A stretch of DNA of 64,000 nt from Camelus ferus (Eukaryota), in the NCBI RefSeq assembly GCF_009834535.1, contig NC_045696.1, positions 114,764,001 through 114,828,000 of the forward strand, written 5' to 3'. A program made the translations under genes and the position numbers. How positions within the stretch are numbered: position 1 is the stretch's first letter; every line of letters starts with the position of its first letter. Below the pieces are notes generated by a model. The model saw only the letters and a program-made list of their open reading frames with translations. It was not told the origin of the DNA and searched no databases. Shown here piece by piece: positions 22,045 to 33,938 of this stretch.

Positions 22045-25000
22045 TTTTAAAATGATTTTGGGATAATTTTAGATTTATAGAAGAGTTGTGTAGTCAGAAC
22101 AGAAAGTCCCTATGTATGCTCCACCCAACTTCCGACATGAGAACATCTTACATGATCGTGATTCACATTTTAAACCTAAGACATTACAATTGGTAGAGTG
22201 CTAGTAAGTAAATTATAGCCTTTATTTGGATTTTACTTATCTTTTTTTCCAGTGGTATCCTTTTCATATCCCAGGATCTACTTAGTCAAACTTAGTTATG
22301 ACGTCTTCTCAGTGTCTTCCAATCTACAAAGGTTCTTCAATCTCTCCTTGTTTTCATGACTTTGGCATTTTCCCAGAGTACTGATCAGCTGTGTTGTAGA
22401 CTGTCCCTTGTTTTGAGTTTGATGTTTTCTCATAATTACACTGGAGTTACGGATTTGGGAGAAGAGTACCACAGAGGCCAAGTTGCCTTTTAATCCCTTC
22501 ATTGCAGGGTTTACAAAATGACAGGTTAACTTATTGCTAGTGATGTCAGTCTTGATCAGCTGCTTAAGGTGATGTTTGCCAGGTTTTCCACCATAAGGTT
22601 ACCCTCCTTCCCCTACCCCACTGCCATACTCTACTCATTGGAAGGGAATCGCTAAGTCCAGCCCACACTCAAGGGCATGAAAATTAACCTCTACCTCCTG
22701 GAGGGAAACAAGAAGAATTTATAGACAAGTATTAAAGATACTACAGTAATCAAGACATATTTAGGAGAGATTCTTTAAGGATAAGCAAATATTTTGTTTT
22801 TTCTTAGAGTTTCGTCCACTATTTTTATCATTCTTGTATGCATTTTTGCCGGTGGCAGTTATTCCTACAGTGTTCCAATGGTGTGATCTTCTATTTTTCT
22901 CCTTCCTTTTATATTTATTGTTTGAAATACTTCTTTAGGGAAGATTCACTCCTTTTGCATTTATGTATGAATTCCATCATTTATTAAGATATATATGGAC
23001 ATATGGATATTGCTTTCTTGTTTGAGTTATGAACAATGATATCTTTATTAGTTTGTTGATCAAATTATTCTAGTTTTGGCCATTTTTTTTTTCCATGTTG
23101 GCCTCTCCTTTTGACACAGCCCTATCCTCTTTTTCTGGTTGTTTAATCACCTCCTCACTTTCTGACTGTAAAATACTGTATCCTATCCTGTCTTATCCCA
23201 GCCCTAGAATCAGCCATTCTTCTAAAGGGACTGTTTGTTTTCCACCAAAAATTCACATGGTGAAATCTAATCTCCAGTGTGATGTTATTTGGAGGTAGGG
23301 CTGTGGGGAGGCAATTAGGTCCTGAGCTTGGAGCCTTCATGAATGAGATTGATGACCTTGTAAGAAGAGCATGGAGAGCTAGCTTGTTGTATTTCTGACA
23401 TATGAGGAGACATTGAGAAGTTGGCAGTCTACGCCAGGAGGAGGGTCTCACCAGAAACCAGATTGCTGGTACCCAGATTTTGGATGTCCAGCCTCCAGAA
23501 CTGTGGGGGGAAAAAAACTGTTGTTTATAAGCCTCTCAGTCTATGGTAATTTTTAATAGTTCACACTTCCTAAGACAGACCCTAGAGCCTTTTATTGGAA
23601 AATGATCTTAGGCACCAAGCTCTGGTGCTGGGTGTGCTCACAATATCGTTGCTTTTCACCCTGCTCAGTGCAAGGAGCTCAGTTTCCTGAGTTAGAAAAT
23701 GTATTTAAAATGGATTTATGTATACTAATACACATGCGTAATATCACTATTTATCTATTAAACTAAACATCTGTGTCTAGTTTAGCCCCACAGGGCTTTC
23801 ATTCTAGCCTTTCCCCCTTTGCTTACCTCTCTCTCTAACAGTGTGAAACATGGCTCCCATTAACTACAATCTATATAATTATTTTTTCAGCCCTAAACTA
23901 CGTTAAAAGTGGTTTCAGAATTACTAATCCATACAGTGCTTATGTACAATTCATTTTATGTTTAATTTTAGAGTATTCAGTCAAAACATCATTTCCCAAA
24001 ACTACTTGGAACTGCTCCTTTTTTCCCATCTCCTTCAGTGAGGTCACATTGAACAACTGCCGTACAGTTAGATTCATTTTAACAATCTGTCCTGGGGTCC
24101 CCTGCTATCAGTTCATTTTTTAAAATTTGCAACTCAAATTCACTCTTTGTGATGTACAGTTGTATGGGGTTTGACAAATTCATAGTCATGTATCCTCCAC
24201 CAGGACAGCACACAGAACATTTCCCTCACTCTAAACATTCCTTTGTGTGGCCATTTTGTAGTCAATACCCTTCTCCCAACTGCTGTCAACTGCTAATCTG
24301 TTTTCATTGTAATTTTGCCTTTTTGGGAATGCCGTATAAATGACTGCATGCATCATCCTTTAGGGTTTGGCTTCTTTCCCTTAGCAAAATGCATTTAAGA
24401 TTTATCCATGCTTGTTACATGAATGAATAAGAGTAGGATTGCTAGGTCATATGGCAAACACACGTCTAATTTTATTAAAAGCAGAACTACCAAACAGCTT
24501 TTGAAAGTGGTTGTATCATTTTGCATTTCCATCAGGAATGAATGAGAGGCCCAGTCATTCTTCTGTCTTGTCAGCACGTTATATTATCCATTTTTCCATG
24601 GTTGTTTTTAACCATTCTAAGAGGTGTGCAGTTGCATCTCATAGTTTTAACTTGTATTTTCCTAATTACTAATTATACTGTACCACTTTTATATGCATAT
24701 TTGTCATTAATTTATCATCTTTGATGAAGCATCTGTTCAGATACTTTGCATGCTTTTCTTTTTATTTGAGTTGCCTGTTTTCTTATAGTTCCATTTTAAG
24801 TGTTCCTTATATATTCTGGTTACAAGTCCTTTACCTGGATATAATTTGCAAATATTTTCTTATAATTCATAGCTTATTTTCCATTCTCTTACTAATATCA
24901 TTTATAGAGCTGTCACAAAAAGTGTTTAATTTTGACTAAGTCCCAATTATTTTTTTCTTTATGGAGCATGACTTTGATGTCTTGTCAAAAAGCTCAAAAT

Positions 25001-25190
25001 CACAAAGATGTTCTGTTTTCTCCTCAAAGTTTTATATTTTTACATGTCACACTTAAGTCTATGATATATAATTTTTTAATAAAATGCATAGACTGTGTTA
25101 GGGTTCATTTTCTTAACTGTGGATGTCCAATAGTTCCAGGACTGTCTGTTGAAAAGGATATCCTTTCCTCATTGAATTTATAGCTGTGTT
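22045..25190 (-). mobile_element. Old L1 (L1MC/L1MD-type) 3' UTR and ORF2 end, interrupted by an MLT1A LTR
   Basis: GATAATTTTAGATTTATAGAAGAGTTG start; CCCAGCCCTAGAATCAGCCATT..CCTTTTATTGGAAAATG across the MLT; decayed antisense ORF2 to TGTTGAAAAGGATATCCTTTCCTCATTGAATT. Confidence 0.8.
23227..23577 (+). mobile_element. MLT1A0-like MaLR solo LTR nested in old L1
   Basis: CCAAAAATTCACATGGTGAAATCTAATC...CCAGCCTCCAGAACTGTG...TGTTGTTTATAAGCC..CAGTCTATGGTA...CTAAGACA. Confidence 0.88.
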
Positions 25191-26099
25191 TTGATAACTG
25201 AGAAGCAGTCTCTTAACTACAGAGTAAATTGTTATGGTTTCCATGCTAAACTTAAACTTCTCCCTTAGTGCAATCCACAAATAATATTCTATTCCTTAGG
25301 GTATAAATATTTAGAATATTTGTCTCTCATTTTAAGAGAAGCTCTTTACAATAAATATTACTGTGATAAAATATGAGAATAAGTCTTATAGTCAGAATAT
25401 TCAAGAGTTATATACATCATGGCTGGGATTGCAAAAGATGGACATTGCCATATACAATATGTATGAACCGCTGTGTACCTTTCTTCTAGAGAAAAAAAGT
25501 TTTCTTCGGTATTCCTCACTTCAGCCTCAAATAAGGTAAAACAATATGAAAACATTCTTGCCTCCTTTCCAGGAAAGAATGAATGTGTAGTATCTTTTCC
25601 CAAGCCAAAAAGCCAAGTGAATTCATTAAGGGCCAGAGTGCTGCAGGGTTAGAAATAACAAATCCCAACCTAAAGCAGGCAAAACTCAAACGCTCCAAGT
25701 GTGTAAACATAACATGCAAAATAAATCCTGCCCGTGATTTGGAAACTGAGTGAGGAATGGGCTAGAACAGAATCATCTGGACAAGAGATAAACCAAGTAA
25801 AAAAGTGAACAAAGAGACTGTGAAAAAGAATAGCTGAGATCAAGGCCAAGAGAGAACAGACAAGGAAATAAGACATGAGAAATAAACCTGAAGTCAGGGA
25901 GGATGAGTGAGCAGAGACAGAGCCCTCTAGAAGTTGGTTTTATTTGGAAGCCCAGAGCCCTGCCAACTTGCCCGCCACACTCAGCTTTATTTCAGTGCTG
26001 TGGTTGGTTTTCTGAGACTGTTAGTTGACATTTATTTTGGGGAGAGGGGAAGATGTCTCTGAGCAGTTAGGCTAGCTGGGTTTCTCAGAATACAAGAGA

Positions 26100-26440
26100 A
26101 AGTTTATTCATTTAATCATCCAGCAAACACATCCTGAAAATCTGTTACATATGAGCTCCTCACTGGGTGGTCAGGATTCATAATGCATATGTTTACTTAC
26201 TGGAGCAGGCATTCATAGATGGCCTAAACTCTGTATAGAGTGGGTGGGATGTATTCATCATCTAGTAGAAAGGATGGTTGTGCAAGCAAACCAATTATAT
26301 TTCACTTTAGAAACATGCACTTAAGATGGAGGTGCTACAGACAAGGAAATGATTAGATCTGTAGACTGTAGAGGTAAAGTTGGGGGAGGTCAGTCAAAGA
26401 AGGCTTCTGGGAGGAGGTGGCATGTGTGCTGGTTGTTGAT
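26100..26440 (-). mobile_element. L2 fragment
   Basis: TTTATTCATTTAATCATCCAGCAAACAC...; GTCAAAGAAGGCTTCTGGGAGGAGGTGGCATGTGTGCTGG. Confidence 0.55.
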
Positions 26441-27075
26441 GGAATCCTCTCCCTGCAGCTTCATCGTCTGGACACAGATAAGCTAGTATCTATTGTGTAG
26501 GTATAGTGCAATGGGGATCCTCAGGGACTAAATGGAAATTCAGAAGGACAAGCAAAAGTGGGAAAAGAAGAAAAGCAGGGAAGGGAGGAGGGAGGGAGAG
26601 AAAATGGATGCAAAACCATCGCAATTTGAAAACTATTACTCTGGGTTACTGTGTTGCAGAAGATTTAAAATCTCTTCTTTATACTTTTCTATAATCTTTC
26701 TCTTATTCTGCTAATGTATGCATTAACTTTTGAGTTGGGGAAAATATTAAAAGTCATTTCTTTAAAGTTTTGCCAAAAAAAGTGAGACGAGGCAGCAGAA
26801 GCCTTTTAAGATATCAGAGCAAAAGGGAGTGCTTACTTTTAGAATGGGGGTCATGGAGACCTTCTGGAGGATAACAGCGAAAAGGAGATTGTGCCAATGT
26901 GTGTAATTTTTTTTTAAACATAGACCCACGTGCACAAACTTTACTGTTACACATCATGCATGAACTACATGGCTTTGCCAACCCTCAAAATCATTTTCAT
27001 AATGAGGCAAATTTATAGAAGAATTATCTTTAATCTATTGAAATACTTCCTAGGTTAGAAAGTGTAACTTTAGAG

Positions 27076-27126
27076 AGAAATAAAAATGGTGAAATAAAAG
27101 AAATAAAGAAATAAAAATGGTGAAAT
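27076..27126. repeat. Short direct duplication (20 bp x2)
   Basis: AGAAATAAAAATGGTGAAAT at 27076-27095 and 27107-27126. Confidence 0.85.
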
Positions 27127-27352
27127 CTGATTTAAATGATTATTAAAATTCCTCTCAAAAGGGGTAGTATTTATTGAGGAAAATAAAAGGCAATAAATAT
27201 TCCCACTTTGGAGTTTTGGAAAGCCTGAAACTGAATCATTTGGTACATTTTGAAAACTGGAAAGTTTGCCGAGCCCTTAGCCCTGTGTACATTGGACCAG
27301 ACACTAGACACCATTGTTCAGGCTCAGGTTTGTTTTGTTTTTCTTTGAAGCT

Positions 27353-27354
<2 letters not shown>

Positions 27355-27400
<46 letters not shown>
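27355..27400. repeat. (TG)23 microsatellite
   Basis: Uninterrupted TG run of 46 bp. Confidence 0.98.
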
Positions 27401-27403
<3 letters not shown>

Positions 27404-27734
27404 TTGATACACTATCTACAGTTTTGATGGGAACAAACTTAACTAGTAAGCAACACTTAAAGTATCCTTAAAAATCTAGCGATTTGTAAATTTTGCTATT
27501 TTCTTTTGTTTTGAGACATTCTCCTTTTTTTTTTTTCTTTATTATAAGTAAATGTTGATGATTCATTGCTTTCCTTATTGTATTTTTTCATCTCAGTGTA
27601 TGGAAAGTAATGCTAGTAGCTTTTTTTTTTTAAGGCAGACAAAAGTAAAGGCATGTAAAATATATGTAAAATTGAATATAGTAAACTATGAAGCCTTGAG
27701 CAGAAGGGATGATTACAACAGGAAAATAAATTTA

Positions 27735-28282
27735 CATCCATTGACAGATGACTGGATAAAGAGGTTGTGGTATATTTATGTAATGGAATACTACTCAGCC
27801 ATAAAAAAGAATAAAATAATGCCATTTGCAACAACCTGAGTGGATCTGGAGATTATCATTCTAAGTGAAGTAAGCCAGAAAGAGAAAGAAAAATACTATA
27901 TGATTATCACTTATATATGGAATCTAAAAAAAGAAAAAAGAAGACACTAATGAACTTATCCACAAAACAGAAACAGACTGACAGACATAGTAAACAAACA
28001 TATGGTTACCAGGGGGAAGGGGGTGGGCAGGGATAAACTGGATGTTCGAGATTGGCAGATACTACTATCTATAAATCAGGTAAACAACAAGTTTCTACTG
28101 TACAGCACAGGAAACTATGTTCAATATCTGTGGTAACTTAGAATGAAAAAGCATATGAAAACAAATATATGTATGTATGTGTATGACTGAAACATTATAC
28201 TGTATACCAGAAATTGATACATTGTCTAAACTGTCTATACTTCAAGAAAAAATAACAATAAAATAAAATAAAATAGCAGTGA

Positions 28283-28325
<43 letters not shown>

Positions 28326-28328
28326 ATA

Positions 28329-28375
<47 letters not shown>

Positions 28376-28406
28376 AATGTGTTCCTTTTTGGAATTAGAA
28401 AAAAAA
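27735..28406 (+). mobile_element. Young L1, 5'-truncated, with complex tail
   Basis: PLTDDWIKRLWYIYVMEYYSAIKKNKIMPFATT is ORF2 C-terminus; full 3' UTR to TATACTTCAA (~28245). TSD GAAAATAAATTTA 27722-27734 / GAAAAGAAATTTA 28407-28419. Confidence 0.93.
28283..28378. repeat. (AAAT)n microsatellite derived from the L1 tail
   Basis: About 95 bp of TAAA units with one interruption near 28327. Confidence 0.95.
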
Positions 28407-28674
28407 GAAAAGAAATTTATTCCAATGATATCACCAAATATACTTTGAAATGGCTTAAAGACAGTAGCAATGACTAGTTATAAACCGTTGCCATCTTTTG
28501 GAGGTCCAAGTGGTTTATCGTTTGAAGTTAAATGCCATCAGTAAAATATAGATTTGTAGTGTGAAAGTCTAGATAGTATTAATTATTTATCATTTCAAAA
28601 AACTGGAAAAGACAGAAATATATTGAGAATATAAAAATTTGCCATCATTCTAAAACCATTCTTAATGGTACCAC

Positions 28675-28920
28675 CTAATATTTATTGAGCACTTAGCACC
28701 ACCAGGCACTGTTTCACATTTTATCCATGAATTATCTCATTTAATTCTTCTAATAACCTCATGTGCATAAAGTTACTATCATAAACCTCATTTATAGGTT
28801 AGGAAACGGAAGCACAAAAAAGAAGCCAATCAGTTAAGATGGCTAAACTGAATTGGTAAAGGGAATTCAAACCCTAGAGAACTGAATTCCAGAGTCCCAG
28901 TAATTATGCATCATACCATA
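28675..28920 (-). mobile_element. MIR SINE
   Basis: TATTTATTGAGCACTTA...CCAGGCACTG...ATCTCATTTAATTCTTCTAATAACCTC...AGGAAACGGAAGCAC...GGAATTCAAACCC. Confidence 0.8.
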
Positions 28921-29876
28921 TCTTGCTCCAGCACCCACCACTCTTAACGTCTTTATATTCTTCCAAGCTTCTCCATGCATACATACGCTATATTTAAACA
29001 AGTGGCATTGTATTATATACATCACATTTTGTTTATAGTTTTATTTAACTTAACATTTATCCTGAAATCCTTTCCATGTTATTAAACAATCATTGGAAAT
29101 TTAATTTTTAGAGTCTGCCTTCTCTCATATGGCTAAACTATGATTTACATCATCGTGAAGGCAACTTCGTATTTTTGTTAATATATGTAATCCTAAGTTT
29201 ACAATCCTTGTGGGTAAACCTTTGCTCACTTCTCTTTTCTGTGGTAATTACTTGGTCAAAAATAAAAACATTTTTCAAGTGTAAAAGATCTTATTAGATT
29301 ATAGTCAGGTTGTCCTCCAGAATGAGGATGTTTTCTCTTGTTGGTGTGCAAGTGTCTTTCCTACAACTTACCACTGTGGCCATGTGGTTAACCCTTTTCA
29401 GTTTAATACATAGAGCTGGTTTACAATTTGGATGTAAATATTTTTGATGCTCAAGAGATCATTTTATAGATTTTTTGGCTAACGTAGATCCTATTTTGCT
29501 TTTTTGTATACTTATCTTTTTCCCCATTTTTCTTTGCATTGCTCACACTTTCATTATTACATATAAGAACACATTCTCTATTGATCATGTTCCCAATGAT
29601 TTTTTCCAGTTGTCATCAGACTCTTTGTTTTACACAGTTTAAGTTGTATGAAGCTTTGTTCTCTGTTCTTAAAAAATTCAAATATATTGAAATAGTAAAT
29701 GCGCAGTGCCAGCCCAAGTTTAAATTCTATCTTTAAGGTTCTTAAACTTCTTCCTTTAGCACTTTGCATACTTCTTTGGTAATCTGTGCTGCTGTGAAAA
29801 ACACTGTATCCTAAAACATCTTTCAGGACATGCTGCCATGATAACTTACAGATGGAAGTGTTAAGAAGTCCTTTTT

Positions 29877-30423
29877 AAAATGTCATTCCCAATTTTTTGC
29901 ATTCTTTTTTATTGAAGTATGGCCAGTTTACAATGTTGTGTCAATTTCTAGTGGACAACATAATGTTTCAGTCATACATATACATACATATATTCCTTTT
30001 TATATTCTTTTTTATTATAGGTTACAAGATATTGAATAGAGTTCTCTGTGCTATTCAATAGGACCTTATTGTTTATCCATTTTACATATAGTAGCTAGTA
30101 TCTGCAAATTATGAAATCCCAATTTATCCCTTCCCATCCCCTTTCTCCCCTGGTAACCATAAGTTTGTTCTCATGTCTGTGAGTCTGTTTCTGTTTTGTA
30201 GATAAGTGCATTTGTGTCTCTCTCTCTCTCTTTTTTTTTTTAGATTCCACATATAAACGATACTATATGGTATTTTTCTTTCTCTTTCTGGTTTACTTCA
30301 CTTAGAAGGATGATCTCCAGGTCTATCCACGTTGCTGAAAGTGGCATCACTTCATTCATTTTTATGGCTGAGTAGTATTCCATTGTATATATGTACCACA
30401 TCTTCTTTATCCATATATCTAAC
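29877..30423 (-). mobile_element. Young L1, 5'-truncated
   Basis: ATTGAAGTATGGCCAGTTTACAATGTTGTGTCAATTTCT... to CTTCTTTATCCATATATCTA. Direct repeat AGTCCTTTTT(AA) at 29867 and 30424. Confidence 0.93.
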
Positions 30424-30799
30424 AGTCCTTTTTAATGATGTTTAACTTACACCAGTAAATATGTGTCAAAATGTGTCAATTGGATGACTGAATGTTTAGC
30501 AGAGGGATCCAGGAGGCACTTTATGTAACTGAAATAATAGTTGTTTTTGAGGCAGTGATTATTTTGCATCATGACTACAAACTGACTTTGATGAAATCTG
30601 TTTTACTGTAAGCTGTTTAATGGACATCTACACAAAGAAACTTTTCACAACTGAGGTTGTTTTTAAGGGGTTGACACCTTCAGTGTCATCAAGGCATTGA
30701 TAGTCATCACAAGACATCTGTAGGCTGAGATTATGGTCAGATACTTTTCCATCAAAGAGAAGAATAAAACAGGAGTTCAGGAGTGAAAAAAATCTATGG

Positions 30800-32700
30800 C
30801 ATTTTTGGGGAGCAGTGACTCAGACAGGATGAAATGTATGACTTGGATTTGAGGATAGAATTTAATAAGGCTACAAGGGGAGACACTGTCAAGGGCTCAA
30901 GATTTGAGACTGTCTTCACAAGGCATTGGGGTGATCTTTGTGGTTGAATTGGGCTGCTAAGTGGAACAGCTGCCACAATGCATATTACGCAATAAATCTG
31001 ATGGCAGTAAATAGAATGCATTGAGGAGATACAGTTTAAAATGAGAGTTCTGGAGGGACGGAGACCAGTGGTAATCATAAGACAGCAGAAAAAAAGGCGT
31101 GAGTTCAATAGATGTAATAGGAATGGACAGTAGACTGCATTTGAAAGTCCATATGAGTAATGCATTTACATACCTGGTGGCTCTTTGGTATGAATCAGTA
31201 CAGTTAAAATTATTTTGAAATTTTGAATTTGAATGACTGCAAATAAGAGTAGAGGAGAATGATTTAGGGGAAGGGATGTTTAAGAAATGTTCAAATAAGT
31301 AAGGGGGTAACTAAGCCATTTTGCCCTAGAATTCAAAACAAGGGAAAACTTCAAGAAGATAGAGGCTTTCTAGGACCCTGTTTGTGACATTCACTGGAAT
31401 AGTTCCAGTGAAGTGGATTATGCTGAAGCCAGATGTGCTGGGGGTTAATAATCAAGTTTTGAGGTTATGGACACAATGTTTAAAAAATCAACTTTCTTGA
31501 AGTATAAATTTCATGCAGTCATATGCACAAATTTAAATGTGCATTTCAATGAGTTTTGATGAATTTATACACACTATCACAATCAAGATATAGAATATTT
31601 TCAGTACTCCAAAAAGTCCTCTCATGACCCTTCTCAAGTCAACCCCCTAACTTGTTGCCCCAGGCAACCATTGATTGGCTTTCTTTCCCCACTTATTACA
31701 TTTGTCATTTCTAGAATTTCCTGTAAGTGTGGTCATGCAGTACTGGAGAAGGTAAATTTTTGTGTCTGGCATTTTGCACTCAGCATGATTTTGAGGTTTG
31801 TTCATGTTGCTGTGTGTGTCAGTAGTCTATTTTCTCTTATGGCTGAGGACGTAGAATATGGTTTTGAGCAGTTTTATTAGGGAGGCGAGATATAAGCCAT
31901 AAGAGATAAGTGTTAAACAAATGTCTTGCTTCTTTTGAGATAGCAGAAATCTGAGGGTGTTTATTAGCAGATAAAGGATCCAATGCGGAAACTAAATGGT
32001 AATACTGAAAAGGAAGGATTTTGTTTTAAACATTCCCAGGAGATAAAGAAAATTTAAATATTCACCAAGGTTAAAATAAATAAATTAATTAATTGATTAA
32101 AATATTCTCAGGGGACCATAGGTTATAAGAGGAAAAGGCTATGAAATAAATGTGAGTGCAAATAGGAAATTTACCCTTAGAATTAAACAAGCAAACAAAA
32201 CCAAAAAACAGGACAAAAAAAAGTGTTTGTTTAACCAGACTAGAAAAATGAGGTGAAATAATAAAGCATGTAGTTAAAGTAAAAATTTCAGGATATAAAG
32301 AATATGTCAGGAATTGTGGTAGAAGGTGGAGAAAACATACATCAATGACCTTTTTTTTTTTTTTTTAAGAAACTGCAGCCATTCTCTGAGAGTGAGAAAT
32401 GCAGGGTCAGGGTTAGAAATTTGAGGAAAAGCAATAATCTCATTTTATGAACATGGCACGTAGAGTCAGCTAGTGACTTCTTAGTAAATTCAGCCCTTTT
32501 CTTACTTTTTCTAGCAACATTTGGAAAGGAGAGGGGTGATCCTCCCAGAAGATCTTATATTTGGGAACTGCACAGGGAGTAACATAGGAGGTCAAGAAAG
32601 TGAAAGATTTCAGTGAGCTACAGGAAGCATCATTTAAGACCTAATTTTGGAACCTAAATTGAGAGGGAAGAAGAGTCCAGGAAGTTGATGGATGAGAAGA
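30800..32700 (-). mobile_element. Scattered decayed L2 pieces flanking an old L1 insertion
   Basis: Purine-rich antisense L2-type tracts (GGAGACCAGTGG, GTTCCAGTGAAGTGG..GCTGAAGCCAGATG). Boundaries approximate. Confidence 0.4.
31482..31856 (-). mobile_element. Old L1 3' end (L1MB/L1ME1-type)
   Basis: CAACTTTCTTGAAGTATAA...TCAATGAGTTTTGA...CACAATCAAGATATAGAATATTT...CCCCAGGCAACCATTGAT...GCTGAG..GTAG. Confidence 0.8.
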
Positions 32701-32713
32701 TTAAGAAGGGAAA

Positions 32714-32933
32714 TGGCATGAGGGAAAAGGAAAAAGCATGGAGAATCTGAAAGCATCCAATCCGCTGAATCTTGGGTGAATGTAATGGTCCACAGTTAGA
32801 CACCAATGTGTCCTCTCTGTTCCCTCTGGCATGAGGGAAAAGGAAAAAGCATGGAGAATCTGAAAGCATCCAATCCGCTGAATCTCGGGTGAATGTAATG
32901 GTCCATAGTTAGACACCAACGTCTCCTCTCTGT
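32714..32933. repeat. Tandem duplication, 2 x 107 bp with 6-bp spacer
   Basis: 32714-32820 vs 32827-32933, 4 substitutions by manual comparison; spacer TCCCTC. Confidence 0.95.
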
Positions 32934-33014
32934 GAGATGGGTCCTTGGGTGATTGATGCCTTCCTGGGTTGAACTAGAATTCTCTGACGGCCCATTACAC
33001 TAAGCGATTGGAAC

Positions 33015-33545
33015 TGTAAAAGGGAAGAGCAAATCTGAGAACATTTTAAATCTGTTCCTTTGTCTCTAACCCTGTGCTCTGTTTCTTGAGCTGAGGCATG
33101 CTTGTCCTTCAACTTTTGTAAAAAAAAAAAGAAATATATATATATTGTCTAGAGCCTGAAATATACAGGAGAGCCCATTCTCAAGGCTCTGAGCTTTAAG
33201 GGTGGAACCCTTTCCCATTCATATAGAGATAAAAAGCTGCAGAACAGAGAGTAACATTTGTCTTGTTGGAGGTTTATAGGAGCATCATGACCTGACCTAT
33301 GTGGACAGCTGCAAGAACAAAGGAATCTAACACCAAGTAGTTTGCAACAACCAACCACACCCCCTCCCCTTTTAATATAAAAGAAACCTGAATTCTGACT
33401 TGAGTAAGATGGTTCTCCAGGATGTTAGTCCCCATCTTCTCAGTCTGCCTGGTTTCTGAATAAAGTCTTTATTCCTTGACCCAACACCTTGTCTCCTGAT
33501 TTATTGACCTGTCACATGGCAAGCGGGAGTTTGGACTCGGAAGAA
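33015..33545 (+). mobile_element. ERV1 solo LTR (MER34-like)
   Basis: Starts TGTAA; TATAAAA 33376-33382; AATAAA 33459-33464; ends ...GAGTTTGGACTCGG. 4-bp TSD GAAC at 33011-33014 and 33546-33549. Confidence 0.85.
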
Positions 33546-33778
33546 GAACCACATATACTTCCTCAGAAAACTCAGTGCTGCCTTGCACTCGGTGCCCGCC
33601 CTTCTCTTTAGTCTGGAGCTCCAAGACTGCCCTGTGACCCACTGCTTCTCCTTCCGTCTCTATGAGGTCCTTGCAGCTTCCACTCTACCGCCTGACCCTA
33701 ATCCAGTAACGAATACTTTAGGATGCATATTTAAAACAACTATGAATTCCATCCATTACCATCTGGATCACCTACATT

Positions 33779-33938
33779 AAAGCTTCTGGAGCTTTAAGGT
33801 ACATGTGAATAATGAATACCCGTCTGATTAAATGCCGGTTCTGACTCATCAGACCTGGACGGGGGCGTGAGAGTCTGCATCTCTAGGAAGCTACCAATAT
33901 ATTCTGATGGACTTGCATCACACTCGGAGTAGCAAGGA
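33779..33938 (-). mobile_element. MER5A1-like hAT-Charlie MITE
   Basis: TTCTGACTCATCAGACCTGGACGGGGGCGTGAGAGTCTGCATCTCTAGGAAGCT...CACACTCGGAGTAGCA. Confidence 0.75.

Noticed and set aside
26578..26596. G-quadruplex-compatible GGG x4 tract
   Set aside because: A common purine-rich simple sequence with no supporting context.
29832..29845. RFX X-box-like GCTGCCATGATAAC
   Set aside because: Single imperfect motif between repeats with no other support.
32714..32933. CRISPR-like repeat-spacer array
   Set aside because: Only two 107-bp copies with a 6-bp spacer in mammalian DNA; no array or cas genes.
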